64,000 nucleotides of DNA from Neodothiora populina (Eukaryota), in assembly GCF_041146345.1 (NCBI RefSeq), contig NW_027191402.1, positions 930,001 through 994,000 on the forward strand. Direction: 5' to 3'. Numbering within the stretch: position 1 is the stretch's first letter; the number at the start of each line of letters is the position of its first letter. The notes below the pieces were generated by a model. That model was not told the DNA's origin and made no database searches. It saw nothing but the letters and a program-made list of their open reading frames with translations. The translations under genes and the position numbers were made by a program. Shown here piece after piece: positions 36,481 through 49,575 of the stretch.

Positions 36481-39395
36481 TTAAGCAACGCTGATTCTTA
36501 TGCGTCCGCCGCTTCGGCGATGGTCCAAACCCTTGTATTTCGTCATGGGCTCCTCGGCGCCCAGATCACCCACGACTCCGGCATCTGTAATGGTGCCGTC
36601 TTCGTCGCGGACAATCCTCGTGGGCACTTCTGGAATGTCTTCCTCTTGGCCCCCTCGCCACTGACTTTGCACCGAGTGTCGGTCGGGAGTGGCGGCGCTG
36701 CTGACGCTCATGCTCGTGCTCGAACGGTTCAGGCTGTGCACGAGATCCGGGGTGGGCGGAATGGATGAATCGCGGCCGTTGCCGCGAGAGGCGCCGAGAT
36801 AGTCGTTGCCTTCACTGTAGTCGGATCCAGAAACGAGAGATCCGTCCTCGCTGGCTGGGGGCGGTCGGATGGGCTTCTTACCCTGGCGGGACGAACGGCG
36901 GCTGGAGGGCGTCATTGTAATGTCTTCCTCTATGCGGTCAGCTGGGGCTGAATCAGCACGCTGTGCGAGGTGCAGACCTTCGACTGCGGCGGCGCATTGC
37001 TCGCTGATGTTGCGAATGATGTACGCAATCGCATTTGTCTTGTCACGGAGGTTCCGGTCGGCGGGATCGTTCATGCTGATTGCGCTGAGGCGACGACGGG
37101 TGTCTGCTCTGTTCAGGAGACGGCTCTCCATGTCGGCGACGTTGTCGTCGTCGGAGGCGCGAAGAGAGTGACGGGTGCTGGCGCGGGACGAGGCACGAGA
37201 GCTGCGACGACTGGCGGGGAGAGCAGTCTCAGAGGCCATCTGCTGCTCTTCTGCCATCTGAGGGTTGTCGCCGAGGTTGCGAACGATGTGCTCCATGTGA
37301 TGGGCTTGTCCATCGATGAGCGCTCGGAGATGCAGAACAACACGTTGCGCCTCGTCACGTGACCTGAGCAGGGTGGCATTTGCGTGCTGCAGGTTTGAAA
37401 GCTCTTTCTTGTTGCGCTTCCTTTCGCGCTCGAGTTCTTCGGCGATCTCTTGTTGAAGAACAAGGGCCTCGAGGGCGTCGTCGCGCTGCTTCTCTGTGCC
37501 GCCAAGACGCACCGTGAGACGTGCCGTGTCTTCCTTGTGTTGGTCGACGAGGCCAGCAAGTCGTCTGTTTTCTCTCTTGTGACCCTCGATCTTGACCTTG
37601 AGCTCCTGCGTTTCCTTGGTAAGCTGCTCTGCAAAGGCTTGGAACTTGAGGAATTGCTGTTTCCACGAATCCAACTCTTCTACCAGGAAGTTGTTGCGCT
37701 TCGTGACCTTGTTGAGTTCAGTATCCATACGAGTTTTGAGATTGATGAAGTCCTGCCACGCCTCCAATGCATCACGGGAGTATTGGTTGCGTTCACGAAT
37801 GATCTCATTAAGATGACGCGTGGACACTTTGGTCATAAGAGGCTTCTTCTGGGAGTGGCCAAAAACCGCCTTGATGCCGCTGTTGCGTCCCTGTAGTGAA
37901 TGTTCAGTATATGTTGCAGATAGAAGTTTGACCAAGCTTACAAGTTTTTCGCAACCATGATCCATGACACTCATGACGGCATCCTGGTTCCACCAACCCG
38001 GGTCTTGTACACTCTCGACCTCGCCGCGCATGACAATGATCTGTCCAGCGGGGATGAGCTTGCCGCCGCCATAAGCAGAACGAAGATGCTGCGGCACACC
38101 GGAGGGAGCGACGTCGCCGTTCAGCGCTTGAGTCAGGCGATTGATCGTCTTTGTGCGCTGACTGGGGCTGAAAGCAGTGGGAGGACTAGAAGTAAGAACA
38201 AAATTGCGATCGAGGTCTACGACCAGGGCATCGCTCGGAGCAGTGAACAGAGTACGACATTCGGCGGTGATACCGAGAATATAAGGACCGGGCTCCTGCA
38301 CAAGGTCCTTGGCGTGTCGAGAGTGGACGACAGGGACATACAGACCACTCCACTCGTAGACACGCACACAGAAGCGAATGGTCTCGGCGGCAATGGTGAG
38401 CATGGCTGGGTAGTGACTGACAAAGATGATGCGTCGAGTAGGAGAGACTGCTGCTTCGACAACGCCGACGATGTTGGGGATGGACAGACAGCAGAAGAGC
38501 GGCCACATGGCGAAGTTCTGGAAGCCGGTCGGTGACGAGGGGAACTGGTAGCAGAGAGCATAGTCCTTCATGTCAATGCGCACCAGATCGTTCAGACGCG
38601 GAGCAGGGAAGCTGAGGATGCGCGACACTTCTTCGGCATGAAACAGATTGGTGGCTTTGTTCCAGTGAATCCACATACCACGGAGGTAGTCGCCAAGGAG
38701 GTTGTAAAGAGGATATCTCGAGAGAAAACTAAGACAATACGGGATCCAGTACGTCTCGCCAGGCGTGTCGTAGTAGTCCTGCTCTGTCCGCCGACGGAGT
38801 TCTCGTATGGTCTCGGCGCGCTTCTCGTCGGCACGAGACCACACGCGCAACGCGATACCGTACAGAGTGTGTGATGAATCCTGTTGCAGCACGAAAGCGT
38901 GGTGCACGCAATGAGGTTGACTGGTTCCGGTGCAGATCTCGACATCGTGGGGAAAGCATGCCTGCAAGTGACTGATCAGCGATGATTCATACATGGTAAT
39001 GCGACTGGTGGTCCACGTACGCGCATGGCAGAATGCAGCGAGCGGGCTATCTCGTTGTCCTGCTCCAGTCGCGGGCTGCTGCCCAGGATCTCAGGCAGCC
39101 AGAATTGACCAACGGCGCCCTTCATGTGGCCGACTTTGCCCTGGCTTGGTTGAGGTGCCTTGACCCATTGAGATGGTTCGCGACCAACACCACACACCAT
39201 ATAGGCGTGGGTGAGAGTCTTTGGCGCTCGCTGTCCATTGCGCGGTTGGGTGAGTTGTGAGGCAAGAGGTTGTGTGATGCGTGAATGCAGCGATGATGTG
39301 CGATTGGGGATGGCAATGTCGCTCTCGGCGCGACTCGTGGGTCGAGACACTCTCGACTCTCCACTGCGAGGTCGCGATGTCACAGAGAGAGGCAT
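36481..39395 (-). CDS. DENN domain protein (putative Rab GEF) with C-terminal coiled coil
   Basis: MPLSVTSRPRSG..THAYMVCGVGREP; introns 39020-38962 and 37941-37891; HHAFVL..LYGIALRVW, YCLSFLSRYP, RRIIFVS, YVPVV, PGPYILG, LVVDLD; long coiled coil. Confidence 0.92.
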
Positions 39396-41348
39396 CTTTT
39401 GTATATATCTGTCAACCCCAGATGTTTGGCCTGCCTCGGGGGTGAGGCGTAGACGGTGCAACGTCTTTTTGTCTCGGAATTCAAGGAAACGGTCCTGCGC
39501 CTTGAGTATATAACAAAGCTGCTTGCCAGGCACGACCGGCGTCACCGAGCAGTAGTAGTGAGCAGTGGGTCTGTCCGACTTGGGTATGTCGTGTAATGGA
39601 AACCACCAGCAGAGGAACCCAGAGACGCTCGCCAACAACAATCAAACCGTCCCACCCGTAAAGATTGGCAGCTAATTTGGAAATTGGGAAAGGAGAGTCA
39701 GTGGGCGATGGGCAAGGGAAAGTCATGGGCATAAGTCCGTCCCCGGGCCAGCTGCTTAGACGACCTTTACTAGCCAACAGTAAGGCTCTAGGCTAACTAG
39801 GGAGACGGGGACGGAGACCCTCATACGATGCGGCAGCGATCTACAACCTGCATATGCCTATCCACACACTAAGCGATCAACTTTCCCACCTTCTTGGCGA
39901 CGACAAGGTCTGTGAACTGGAGACTGAGCCTTCTGATTTGCCGAGTGAGAGCCGCGGGAGACAGTGCTCGACGCAAGCAGCCAGCCATGCCACCGCGCTA
40001 CACCTGCAAGCTTTATCAGAGACGAAAGACCCGAATGCACTCTTTGGACATCCGGGAGTGGCGGGGACACCTTTCCGTTCATGGAGTGTGCAGGGAAAAG
40101 TCAAGCGCCTGTCCGTCTACGTTGGGACGAGCAGCAGGTTTCTGCAGCGACGGCTAACCTTGGAAAGAAAACAGAAAGAGCGCGGAGGACTGGGATCAAA
40201 CACGCTGCTGCAGTCCGCAGACACACTCGACAATCGAGGCGACATGAATCGCGATTGCGAGATAATCTATAAGAAATGAGTGTGGACGAAATGGGACAGC
40301 CTATCTCCAGGTTTCACAGTGTCGGTACGACGGTAAGCCCCTGGTGGTCCAATTTGGGTCATATTCTGATTCGCCGAGCAATCAAACATCCTGTCACTTG
40401 GCCCGACTACTGCAACCCTGCTCTTTTACGTGTATTTTGACATATACAACCGATCCACGTTCGTGTGTAACGAGATTGGCTTTTTCAGTGGTTCAACATG
40501 CCCGACCACCCCTGTTCATATGCTTGCTTGACTACAGTGGTGACGACAAACGTTTTCTTCTCACATCTCCATGGGTCTGGCCCTCGTGGCACGAGCGGCG
40601 AAGTGGGGGAGCCGTCAGGGCATTCTCGCGGATCGATCGAGCAGAAAAGACTCCAGAACAATTGGATGAAATAGCAGCGCACGCCATGTACAAGATAATT
40701 GATGAGCATTTGGTGGATGGCTGTAACAAATACAGTAGTGACCTTTTCAATTGCACTTTCTCCTCACCCTGCCTGGATCCGAGGTGCTTCCTCATCGTTT
40801 GTCCGATCACAGGATCAAGGCGAAGCGAGCGGGAGAACCTTCGACCGTGCTGATTCGTCGTGTCTTCCATAGAGCATTACAAAGAGCACTCGAGCCACTT
40901 TACGGTAGCCGTGCCAAGATTCCTTCAAAAGGGTTATTCTTTTATGAAGCACTTATTCCAAAACTTGAGTATTTCATAGCACGGCTGTAGGTCTACTGTA
41001 CAGGCTTTTACGCTGATTCTTCATGTACAAGTAGTATCACACAAGCATTACTCGCTAGGAAAAGAGTAGGAACATTGACTGGATATACTTATTCAAACAT
41101 GCATTCGATGGATCTACGCTTATAGTTGTATACATAGGGCAGGGTCAGTCTCGAAATCCTGTTAGTTTAGTGAGACCTAGCTCGATGACGAGTCTGTGGG
41201 CTGTAGAGCCAGGAAGTCAATGTTCGTCACGTTATCCGTTTCTAAACTTGTCGTAATTACTGGAGTCACCGGCACTGCTCTAATCACCTCAGTCAGTGCT
41301 ATATAAGATGCCCAAGTAAGATGGTCTGCGACATCCATGCTTCCTTCT

Positions 41349-42460
41349 TCACAAAGTACCCTCTTGCCAATACGGATGGGCTAGCACTTGGTCAATAGTC
41401 CCACAGGCTGTAGGATCGAGATTCGTCATCTTAGAGAGCAAATCCACGGCTGTCTCGCCCAAGTCCTCACCCCAGACCCGTAATCTAAGGTTGGGTTGTA
41501 CCTTTACCTTTTCTTCTGCCACTCTTGATGCGAGTCGTAGAGCAGACGCCCAGTCCTCATCCTCAATTTGCTGGTAAAGGGTTTCCGGAACTGGGCCGAA
41601 GTAACAGAAGTGATTGATTATTACTTCTTGCTCTGCTGTGAAGCCTGCCTTGACAAGGTTTTGGTAATCATTCAGTATAAGTTCTCCCCCTCCTAGGGTA
41701 TAGATGTACTGTAAATAGGGATTAGATGCGTAATTGCGCTTTGTACATATCCAGGACTTACTACTAGCCCTCAGGAATAGATGTCAGATGCTCTTGGGGA
41801 AAGACTCGCCTGTCCTTCGGGACTTCGCCACATGGCGTTACCCACAGCATATGGCATACGACGTGTCTCCCCTTTTTTGAGCTTACAGGCGATGTCAAAA
41901 TCACCTAGTGCTACATTTGTGACTTTCTTGTTGCCCTCGCTGTCGCATGTCCAGTCAATCAGGATGTTGTCTGGCTTAACATCTTTCAGAACCAGTCAGC
42001 TTGGAAGCCCATTAATCAGCGCGCAAGACAAGCCAGTATGAACCCAGTCCTTCGCATGGAGTTCCTGAATTGCCTCCCCAACACCTCGCATGATTTTGAA
42101 TCGTTCATCCGGCAGAAAAGCCGGATCACCTTCGATCAAAGCAAGCAGGGTATCCCGAAAATAAGGATAGACAAGGATCGATTCTTTGCTGTTGCAGTCT
42201 ACATGCATGCGAAGTCTTTGGGATGATGGAAAGTCATTGGCGATACGGTGAGATAGATCGAAGAAGTATTTCGATACACGTTTGAAAATGAAGCTCTTGT
42301 CTGCGGATCTGCCTAGCTAGTTAAAGCATAAACGTCTGTCTTTATATCATAGAACAAACTCGGCTTTGAATATGTCACATCTGTTGTCCTGAGGATGCCG
42401 TTTGAGCACTTTGCCATCAGTATATGTGCGACCAGAGTTGCCGACGACAGTCGAGTTCAT
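41349..42460 (-). pseudogene. Protein kinase-like gene with in-frame premature TGA (probable recent pseudogene)
   Basis: Four exons with intact splice sites: FIFKRV, WVHTDVKPDNIL, LGDFDIA, GNAMWRSPE, SDIYS*GLV (TGA at 41773-41771), final exon ..MTNLDPTACGTIDQVLAHPYW; alternative ATG at 42526. Confidence 0.8.
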
Positions 42461-43446
42461 TCTGATGCTGAAGATCCGTCTAGGTAGGTACACGTTTGGA
42501 CAAGTAGCGCAGTGTCGTCGCAACATCGGATAGAAGTATGACGTAGTGTAGCCCGGCATAAGGTGTTGAAACATGTGATGTTGACACAACGAGGAAGAAA
42601 AGTCAGGAGATTTAGGCGCTTTCACGCTGGGTTTATTAGAGGAAGAAGGGGACGGGAGATTTTGTCGCTGTGTGGCAGACAGAACAAGTCCAACGTCGTT
42701 CACAGCAACCGCTTCTCCGCAAGTTTTTATGGGTCAGATGGAAAGCCAGGTGGAAAAGTTGTATTATTCCCGTCATCAATTATTGACACGCATTATAAAA
42801 GAGGTAAGTGTTGGAAGATTGCGCAGCTTTCCGATGGTACCTTTCTGTCCAAGGCTAATAATGGTGTAAGCGGATATTGCTGCGTCAGCACGCTGCACGT
42901 CTGTCCACTACCGCAGAGGGCAGTGGAGTTCCAAACGACGAGATCCTTCTAAGTTATTGGAGATGCTGAAGAGGCATGTGCCAGCATAGGATGTAGCATA
43001 GGCCCTCTTTGGCTAAACCCAAAGTGAGATCAGATAGAGTAAGAAAAGTCAAAGTACCAACTTCATTGACACCTTATCTACAATTTGTGACTTGCGCTGT
43101 AGCCATCCCTGTACGAACAAAACCCTGTTACTCGGCGACGCCTTCGCTGTCAGAGAATATGATCCTACCCAAGATCGAAACGAGATCCTTCGATTCAATC
43201 CGATCTTGCTTACGTTCGTTCTCGCACCACTGGCCGGGGTTCCTACCAACCTCGTCCTCGGAGTCTTGGTCCTTGGAATGGCCGTCACTCAACGACTAGG
43301 AAAAGAGTTTAGAGCATCTGATTCAACATGTCAAGTACTCACGTAGGTAGAAAGCAGTGTAGGAAAAACAAAGGATGAGCATAGGTTCATACAAGTGATT
43401 GTAGAACAAAATAGAGAAGGTGGGATGCACAAAACCAAAGAAAACT

Positions 43447-43538
43447 TTCCCATGCGGGGAATCGAACCCCGGCCTTGTCGGATCCTCTCTACTGTTGTAC
43501 ATGAAAGCGACAAATCCTAGCCGCTAGACCACATGGGA
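43447..43538 (-). tRNA. tRNA-Glu(UUC) with 20-nt intron
   Basis: TCCCATGTGGTCTAGCGGCTAGGATTTGTCG-CTTTCA-[TGTACAACAGTAGAGAGGAT]-C-CGACAAGGCCGGGGTTCGATTCCCCGCATGGGAA. Confidence 0.96.
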
Positions 43539-43983
43539 ATTGATAAGTAAACTCGTTTGTCATGATCCCATATGATCTCTAGCAACAGCAAAATCATGGT
43601 TGCTTTGTAGATTTCTTGTGTCGAAGTGGAAGTATATGTGATACACCGTCCGAAAGAGAGACATAGCAAGAGAGAGGGTGTGTGCCGAACGCCTTCAATT
43701 GTAATAATGTATACACAGTATAGAACTAGTCAAGCCTGCATTCGTCGCTTACTGTCAAGCAACACTACACGCAAAACCTGCATGCACTTCCAACCCACCA
43801 ATGCGCAATATTACTGTGACTACTAAGAAAGGACCTCGGACTCGAGACAAAGCAAGACTCCAATAGCTCTCTAGCGACCGACAAACAAATCGACCGGAAG
43901 TAATAACCCAAGGTCAATTGCCTGATACAATGTAAAAAGATCACAAGATATGAGCAAAAAGAAGTTGATTGGAATCAGTCGAT

Positions 43984-44054
43984 TGCATCGACCGGGAGTC
44001 GAACCCGGGCCAATCGCTTGGAAGGCGATTATCCTACCGTTGGACCATCGAAGC
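43984..44054 (-). tRNA. tRNA-Gly(UCC), intronless, second copy
   Basis: GCTTCGATGGTCCAACGGTAGGATAATCGC-CTTCCAA-GCGATTGGCCCGGGTTCGACTCCCGGTCGATGCA. Confidence 0.95.
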
Positions 44055-44390
44055 CGAAGCTTAGTTTTACTCAAATTTCTCGCAATAATATACTTTCAGA
44101 TACAGGCCACTTATAGTCAACTGTCGTTTTTACATAAATATCCAGCTCCATTATCTGGCAACGGAAGCATTGAGAGCAACAATAGCATATCGTGCAAAAT
44201 TTGTCATGGAAGTTCATCATGTGATACACTTTTTACTTGATTATGTGTTGGACAATCGTCTTAGACTGGGGACACCAACGAAATGCCACACAGTTTCTCT
44301 TGGACGGACTCAAAACACCATGCAATATTTGTTCAGATACAGCATTTACTCATGTTACATACCAACCATCATCATGTAGCCCACGGGAAT

Positions 44391-46133
44391 CTACCTGTAC
44401 AAAGTGCCATTACCAGTAAAGTTACCGGTCTGGGTAGAGTAATCACCAGTCTGCTCCAAACTGCTAATCCTACCGAGCAAAAACTCAAGCTGTCTGTACG
44501 ATGCGCCGGGGACATACTGAGGGATCTCGTGGCCCGCGCCGTTGACGGTGCAGAATGTCAATCCACGCTCGGAGTGAGTGACGCCCAAGAGACCCGCGCC
44601 CGCAGTGTCGGTCTGGGGAGTGGTCGTGGATGGCTGGTACTCGATGTCGTAGACGATGGTGCCGAGAGACTCGTGGTAGGGAACGTAGAAGTTCAGAGAC
44701 GTCGATGGAGCGGTCTGAAAGCCTTGCTTGCCGCCCCAGGTCATGTTTTGGATCGTGGCAAGAGTGCCGTTGGACATGATGAGGAAGTCGAAGTTTCCGT
44801 TGCCGATGACGACGTTCTTGGTCTTGTCGATGACTTTGGGCAGGGGGTCATAGGACGAAGGCGGAGATTGGTCGCCGCCGTGAGGGAAGAGTCCGCCGTC
44901 GCCACAGGCCATGTAGTTTGTGCTCTCGGGTACGTGGAGTGCTGCCTTCACGTCGCTTCGATTGAAGTAGTTGTTTGGTCCTGGCGCGAGCGAAGGGAAA
45001 CCCATCTCGTCCCAGAGGAAGGGGCAGAAGTCTATCAGATGGTAAAGGTTGAAGCAAGGGTTCACCAGGATGGCAGCAGACAGGATGTCGTCGTAGACGT
45101 CGCATCCCTCGACACTAGGGTCAGGTGCGGCACCGAGAGGTCCAGCAGGAGGGAATGTGAGGGCTTTCTCGTTGAATGCCTTGTAGCCACATGACTCGTA
45201 ACGCTCGTTGATCTCGGTCATGAAGGTGTCGTTCAGGTTGAAAATGTTGGAGTACTTGTTCAGCATGGGTACAGCAGGTGCTAGCAACCAGTTAGCCCTA
45301 ATCATCACGGGATGGCAGAAGTAATAAAGTACCATAGATTAATGCACCGTCGTCACCAATACTGGGGTCATTGATCTGAATACCCTTGACATTGTAGTAC
45401 TTGGTATCGTTGGTATCCAACATGGCCTCAGCAATGTAAGGAATGTATTGGCCAGCATAGCTCTCTCCAGTGATGTAGACCTTGTTGTGCTCCATGTCGA
45501 AAGTCTTGATGAAGTTCTTCCAGAAGCCCATAAAGAGTCTTGCGACATCATGCTCGTCGAAAATTTGTTCAGGAGCTCCAGGCGCAGCAGGCGAGAGACC
45601 GGTTCCAATAGGCTGGTCGATCCAGACCATGTTGGTCAAGTTCGTCCAGCTGTAGGAGTTTGGGAAGGGTTTATAGGTACCAGACTGCCACAAGAAAGGT
45701 CCGTTTTCCTGTAGCAGACCATCCAGTGAACTGCAACCAGGACCACCATTCAACCAAATGGTGATCTCGTCCGAGGCCAAAGGGTTCTCCGAAGGGAAGA
45801 ACCAGAAGAACAATTGGTTGGGGTTGCTTGAATTTCCATTGACACTCAGAGTACCGGCGTAACTCTCACCGACGTCAAAGTCGACTTCAGGGATTCCGGT
45901 ACCATTGACGGCGAAAGCTGGTTGATGGTCAACCATGTGATCTGAGTCTATTGCGGAAACCATGACTTACGCTTAGTTTTTGCAGTCAAATAGCTAGCCG
46001 TACTGTTCTTGGCCTGCACTTTTCTTGGAGCCAATTCTCTTCTCTTAAGAGCATGAGCTTTCCTGTGAGGGCTCTGGAGAGCTACGGTGGAGGAAACACC
46101 CAAGAAGGCGGTGAGCCACAGCGAGTGATGCAT
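44391..46133 (-). CDS. Secreted serine carboxypeptidase (peptidase S10, CpdS/PepF-like)
   Basis: Signal peptide [21 protein letters not shown] processing site, [23 protein letters not shown] (catalytic Ser), [13 protein letters not shown] (catalytic His); two introns. Confidence 0.95.
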
Positions 46134-47783
46134 AACGACTGGTATTAAGAGTGAGTGAAAGAGAAACTCAACCTGCACGCAACTCTCTCTACCATGGGGA
46201 GTAGATCATTCATTTATAAATCGTCGGCCTCATAAGGTTGCCTACCTACTGTACGCTATCTTGCAGCACTTACGAAAAACAATCTACCAACTGACGTGCC
46301 CGCGCTTGTCAATCTAGATCCTATAAGGAAGGTCAACTGACATATCACCCTGATAGACTAAATAGATTGACTCGACTATCGAGCTCGAATTCGCTACTTC
46401 GGCCGCTCTTTGCGGCCCCCGCTCCATTTCACCAAAAGAACAAGCAATTCGCGGGTGGTCGGGTCGAAAAGTACAAGCATCCACAAGCTTTAGACAAGAC
46501 TTGAGGGTTTAGTGCGAGATTCATGCAGGCACCACCGGATTGAAAGCTTGTGATTCGACCAGTGGATCTGCAAGAGGAATGGCTTGAAAGATTGTTGGTG
46601 GGCGTATCAAGTTGCCTTGTGTGCTCGGGTGCGCTCAGACTATCATGACGACAGTGATGCGGCAGGCACAGCTTTGCGTATAGTACATGTGACCTGCTGA
46701 ATGAGGAAAGTGGTTATGTGACAGAAAGACAAGACCACAGGATCCGGTGCAGAGTACAGTAGGATAACACTTGAGAACATTGCTACTACTGAGCCGGCTT
46801 GAATCTTGTTGATATATGCTTCTACCGTATCGTATTCGGCATGCTAAAAATGATGCTTGTACTGGAGAGCATGACGCGCGCACGAGGTAAGACTGCTCGG
46901 GTGGCCCACCTCACCTACCTTATTGACCATACCTTACCCTGCAATAGCCGATACCACATATCGCTCTAGCCATCTGAAACAAGAGGGCAACCCTGTTCCA
47001 TGTCTCAAAGACAATCACCTGAAGAACACCCTGTGGACCAACAGTAAGAAACAGTCGAGCTCATGATTTTGTTTCTGTTTACCTTTTCTTTCGCGTGCAA
47101 GAATTAGACATATCATACGGCATAAGCACGATCATAATTATAAAACCCTTGGGTATCCTGCGATCAAGCAATTGGTTCCTGTCAATCGATCTTGCCTTAT
47201 TCGCAACTTATCAACACGAGCTGTTGTTAGATAAGGATGCAACATGAAGATGACGTCCTTCAATGGAACATTTACAGAGCTCGTATAATAAATTGATTGA
47301 CACAAAATGAGCTGCGATTCCGTGATCGATACCATGCGCAAAGTCATTTCGCGCCTATCAGAGGTTGTCTTACGAATATGCAAATCTCGCGAATGCCCCA
47401 CCCTATTATACTGGAGGTATGCAGAACATCATCATGCACTGGAGAAAGAAGACAAAGGGGTTTGCGTTGATCGTGTCCTATTTCATGTTCGTCTACGTCT
47501 AGCATCGCTCTATCTATATCGTTCTATTAATATGAGGCTCATCATCGGAGAAAAGCCATGAAGGCTGTCAGCGGCCGAAACAGAAGAACTCCAAATTCGA
47601 GAACCTGACCACCGAAGAGAAAAGACATTAGTGAATGATTAGTCATTTTTTCCCAGTCCCTGTAACCCAAACGCCATGCACGCCACGCTCAACCTTGAAA
47701 TGTTGCGATGTTTTTATTCTTTTTGTCCCGTCACGATACCACAACCACACAGAAGGGAGGGAAGGATGGCAAGGAGGCGTCAA

Positions 47784-49575
47784 TCACTCCAGCTTGCTTT
47801 CACCACTCTCCTCGTCGCCCAACGAGGCACTCCTTGGTGGAGCGAGATCGGTAGGCGCGAATTTACTCATCTTACGGAGGCGTTCGCCGAAAATGTAGAA
47901 CAGGAACGGGATGGGTAAGAACGCAATAGCAAGGAAACCGACCAGAGATCCAGCCCATTCGACACCAAGGTTGTGGAACATTTGAGTTGCGAACAATGGG
48001 AATCCAGCGCCAAAGAAGGAACGGAGGATTGTGTTTGCAGCGATGGCAGAGGCAGCCACCATCAGGTAGGCATCGACAAGGTAATTCAAGGCCTGCAAGA
48101 AGATGAGGACGATGCCAGTACCGGTGACGATGCCAGAAACAGCAGGAGCTGCCCAATTGACGCTTGCATAATTACCGGTCCATCTAGGTAGCCGTTAGTT
48201 TGTAATAATTGAAGGTCCGATGGAGGTTGACACTTACGCAAACCAGAAGAGTCCAATGGGGAAAAGCGTTGCACCAAGCATCATAGGAACGAGACGAGCT
48301 TCGGGAACTGGTAGACCACCATTGGCTTTCAGCTTGCGGTTGTAGCCTGGCTCGAATAGGATGACTATGCCACAACCACAGAGCACACCAATGATAAGAC
48401 CGATATAAGGAAGAGTGGCCACAGCCGGATTGATGCCTCTCTTTTCTGCGAAAACGATCGGATAGGCCTCGAGGAAAAGGTACAGGATTCCGTAGATGAA
48501 CTGCACTTTTTGGTTAGTATAGTTGTGGATGATGTTCTGACGATATTGCTTACGGCTGTGTAAATGGTGATTAAAAACACGATCGGTTCACGGAAAAGCA
48601 GCTTCAGCGGTAGAGCCATGTGCCTGTTTATCAAGTTTTTGAGATCAAGGTTTTCTTCCTCGGAGACGTGATGGATAGCAAAGTTTCCTGTCTCAGCCCT
48701 GATGTAGGCGGCACGATCCTGGAGCAATGTCTTCGTAAAGGTTTCCTCGAGAACAAATACGTCGAGGACAAAAGCCAAAGCGCCCATGATACCAGTGATA
48801 TACTCAGTCCAGCGCCAGCCCAGGTAGCTTTGGGTGATGAAAGCTAGAGTTGATCATCAGTCATATTCTGATCAATTCAATACTGGGTTACTTACCGCCA
48901 ACGATAGGGGAAATGAAAGGTCCAATAAAGACCAGCGCACTGAAGCCGGCAATAGCGATTCCTCTAGTCTCGTTTCCGAACAGGTCTGCAAAAGCTCCGC
49001 CTACTACCGCCAGTGGGCAAGAGGCGAAGACACCAGCAAAGAAACGACACAACATGAGCGTCTGCAAGTCTTTGGCAGTAGCGCAACCAAACATGAAACA
49101 AGTCTGCAAGAAAGAAATGGTCAGTAAGCTTCGCAAAGGACGCAAGGCGAGCTCAACGTACGAAAACCAAGCAAGCAGCAGTGATGGGCTTCTTCCTGCC
49201 GTAGAGCTCAGAAATGGGAGCAAATGCCAGCGGACCAGTCGCGAAGCCGCAGATGTACAAAGTCAGACCCAAGATGGACACTACAGAGCTGACGTGAAAC
49301 TCGGCAGCGACGGACTCGACGGCAGCCGAATAGACAGAGGAACCCCACGAAGCAACCAATGTATCAAAGCCCAGCACCAGGCCCGCTCTCATCTTGCGGG
49401 AGAATCTCCATGACTTTGCGTCGGCTGGGTCGTCGTCACTCGTGAGCTCCACCAGATATACATTTGTGTCGAAGGGTAGAGGCGGCGGTAGTCCTCTGTC
49501 TTTGCCCAATTGGAATCGCTTCGATGTCTGTGTCCGACGAATTGGATTTGTGTAAACTGGGGCCAAATCGAACAT
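47784..49575 (-). CDS. MFS drug:H+ antiporter DHA1 family (Tpo1/Flu1-like)
   Basis: DDPADAKSW, GPLAFAPISELYGRK, CRFFAG, GPFISPIVGG, WRWTEY, LEET, EPIV, PEARL, YLVDAY..ASAIAANTILRS; four introns. Confidence 0.93.

Noticed and set aside
40344..40990. Overlapping + strand ORFs upstream of the DENN gene
   Set aside because: Non-ATG starts and no motifs or consistent splice model; a decayed gene cannot be excluded.
42992..43082. TGTAG..CTACA segment near tRNA-Glu as a second solo LTR
   Set aside because: Only 91 bp and no target-site duplication.
44283..45194. 303-aa + strand ORF
   Set aside because: Antisense to the carboxypeptidase exon.
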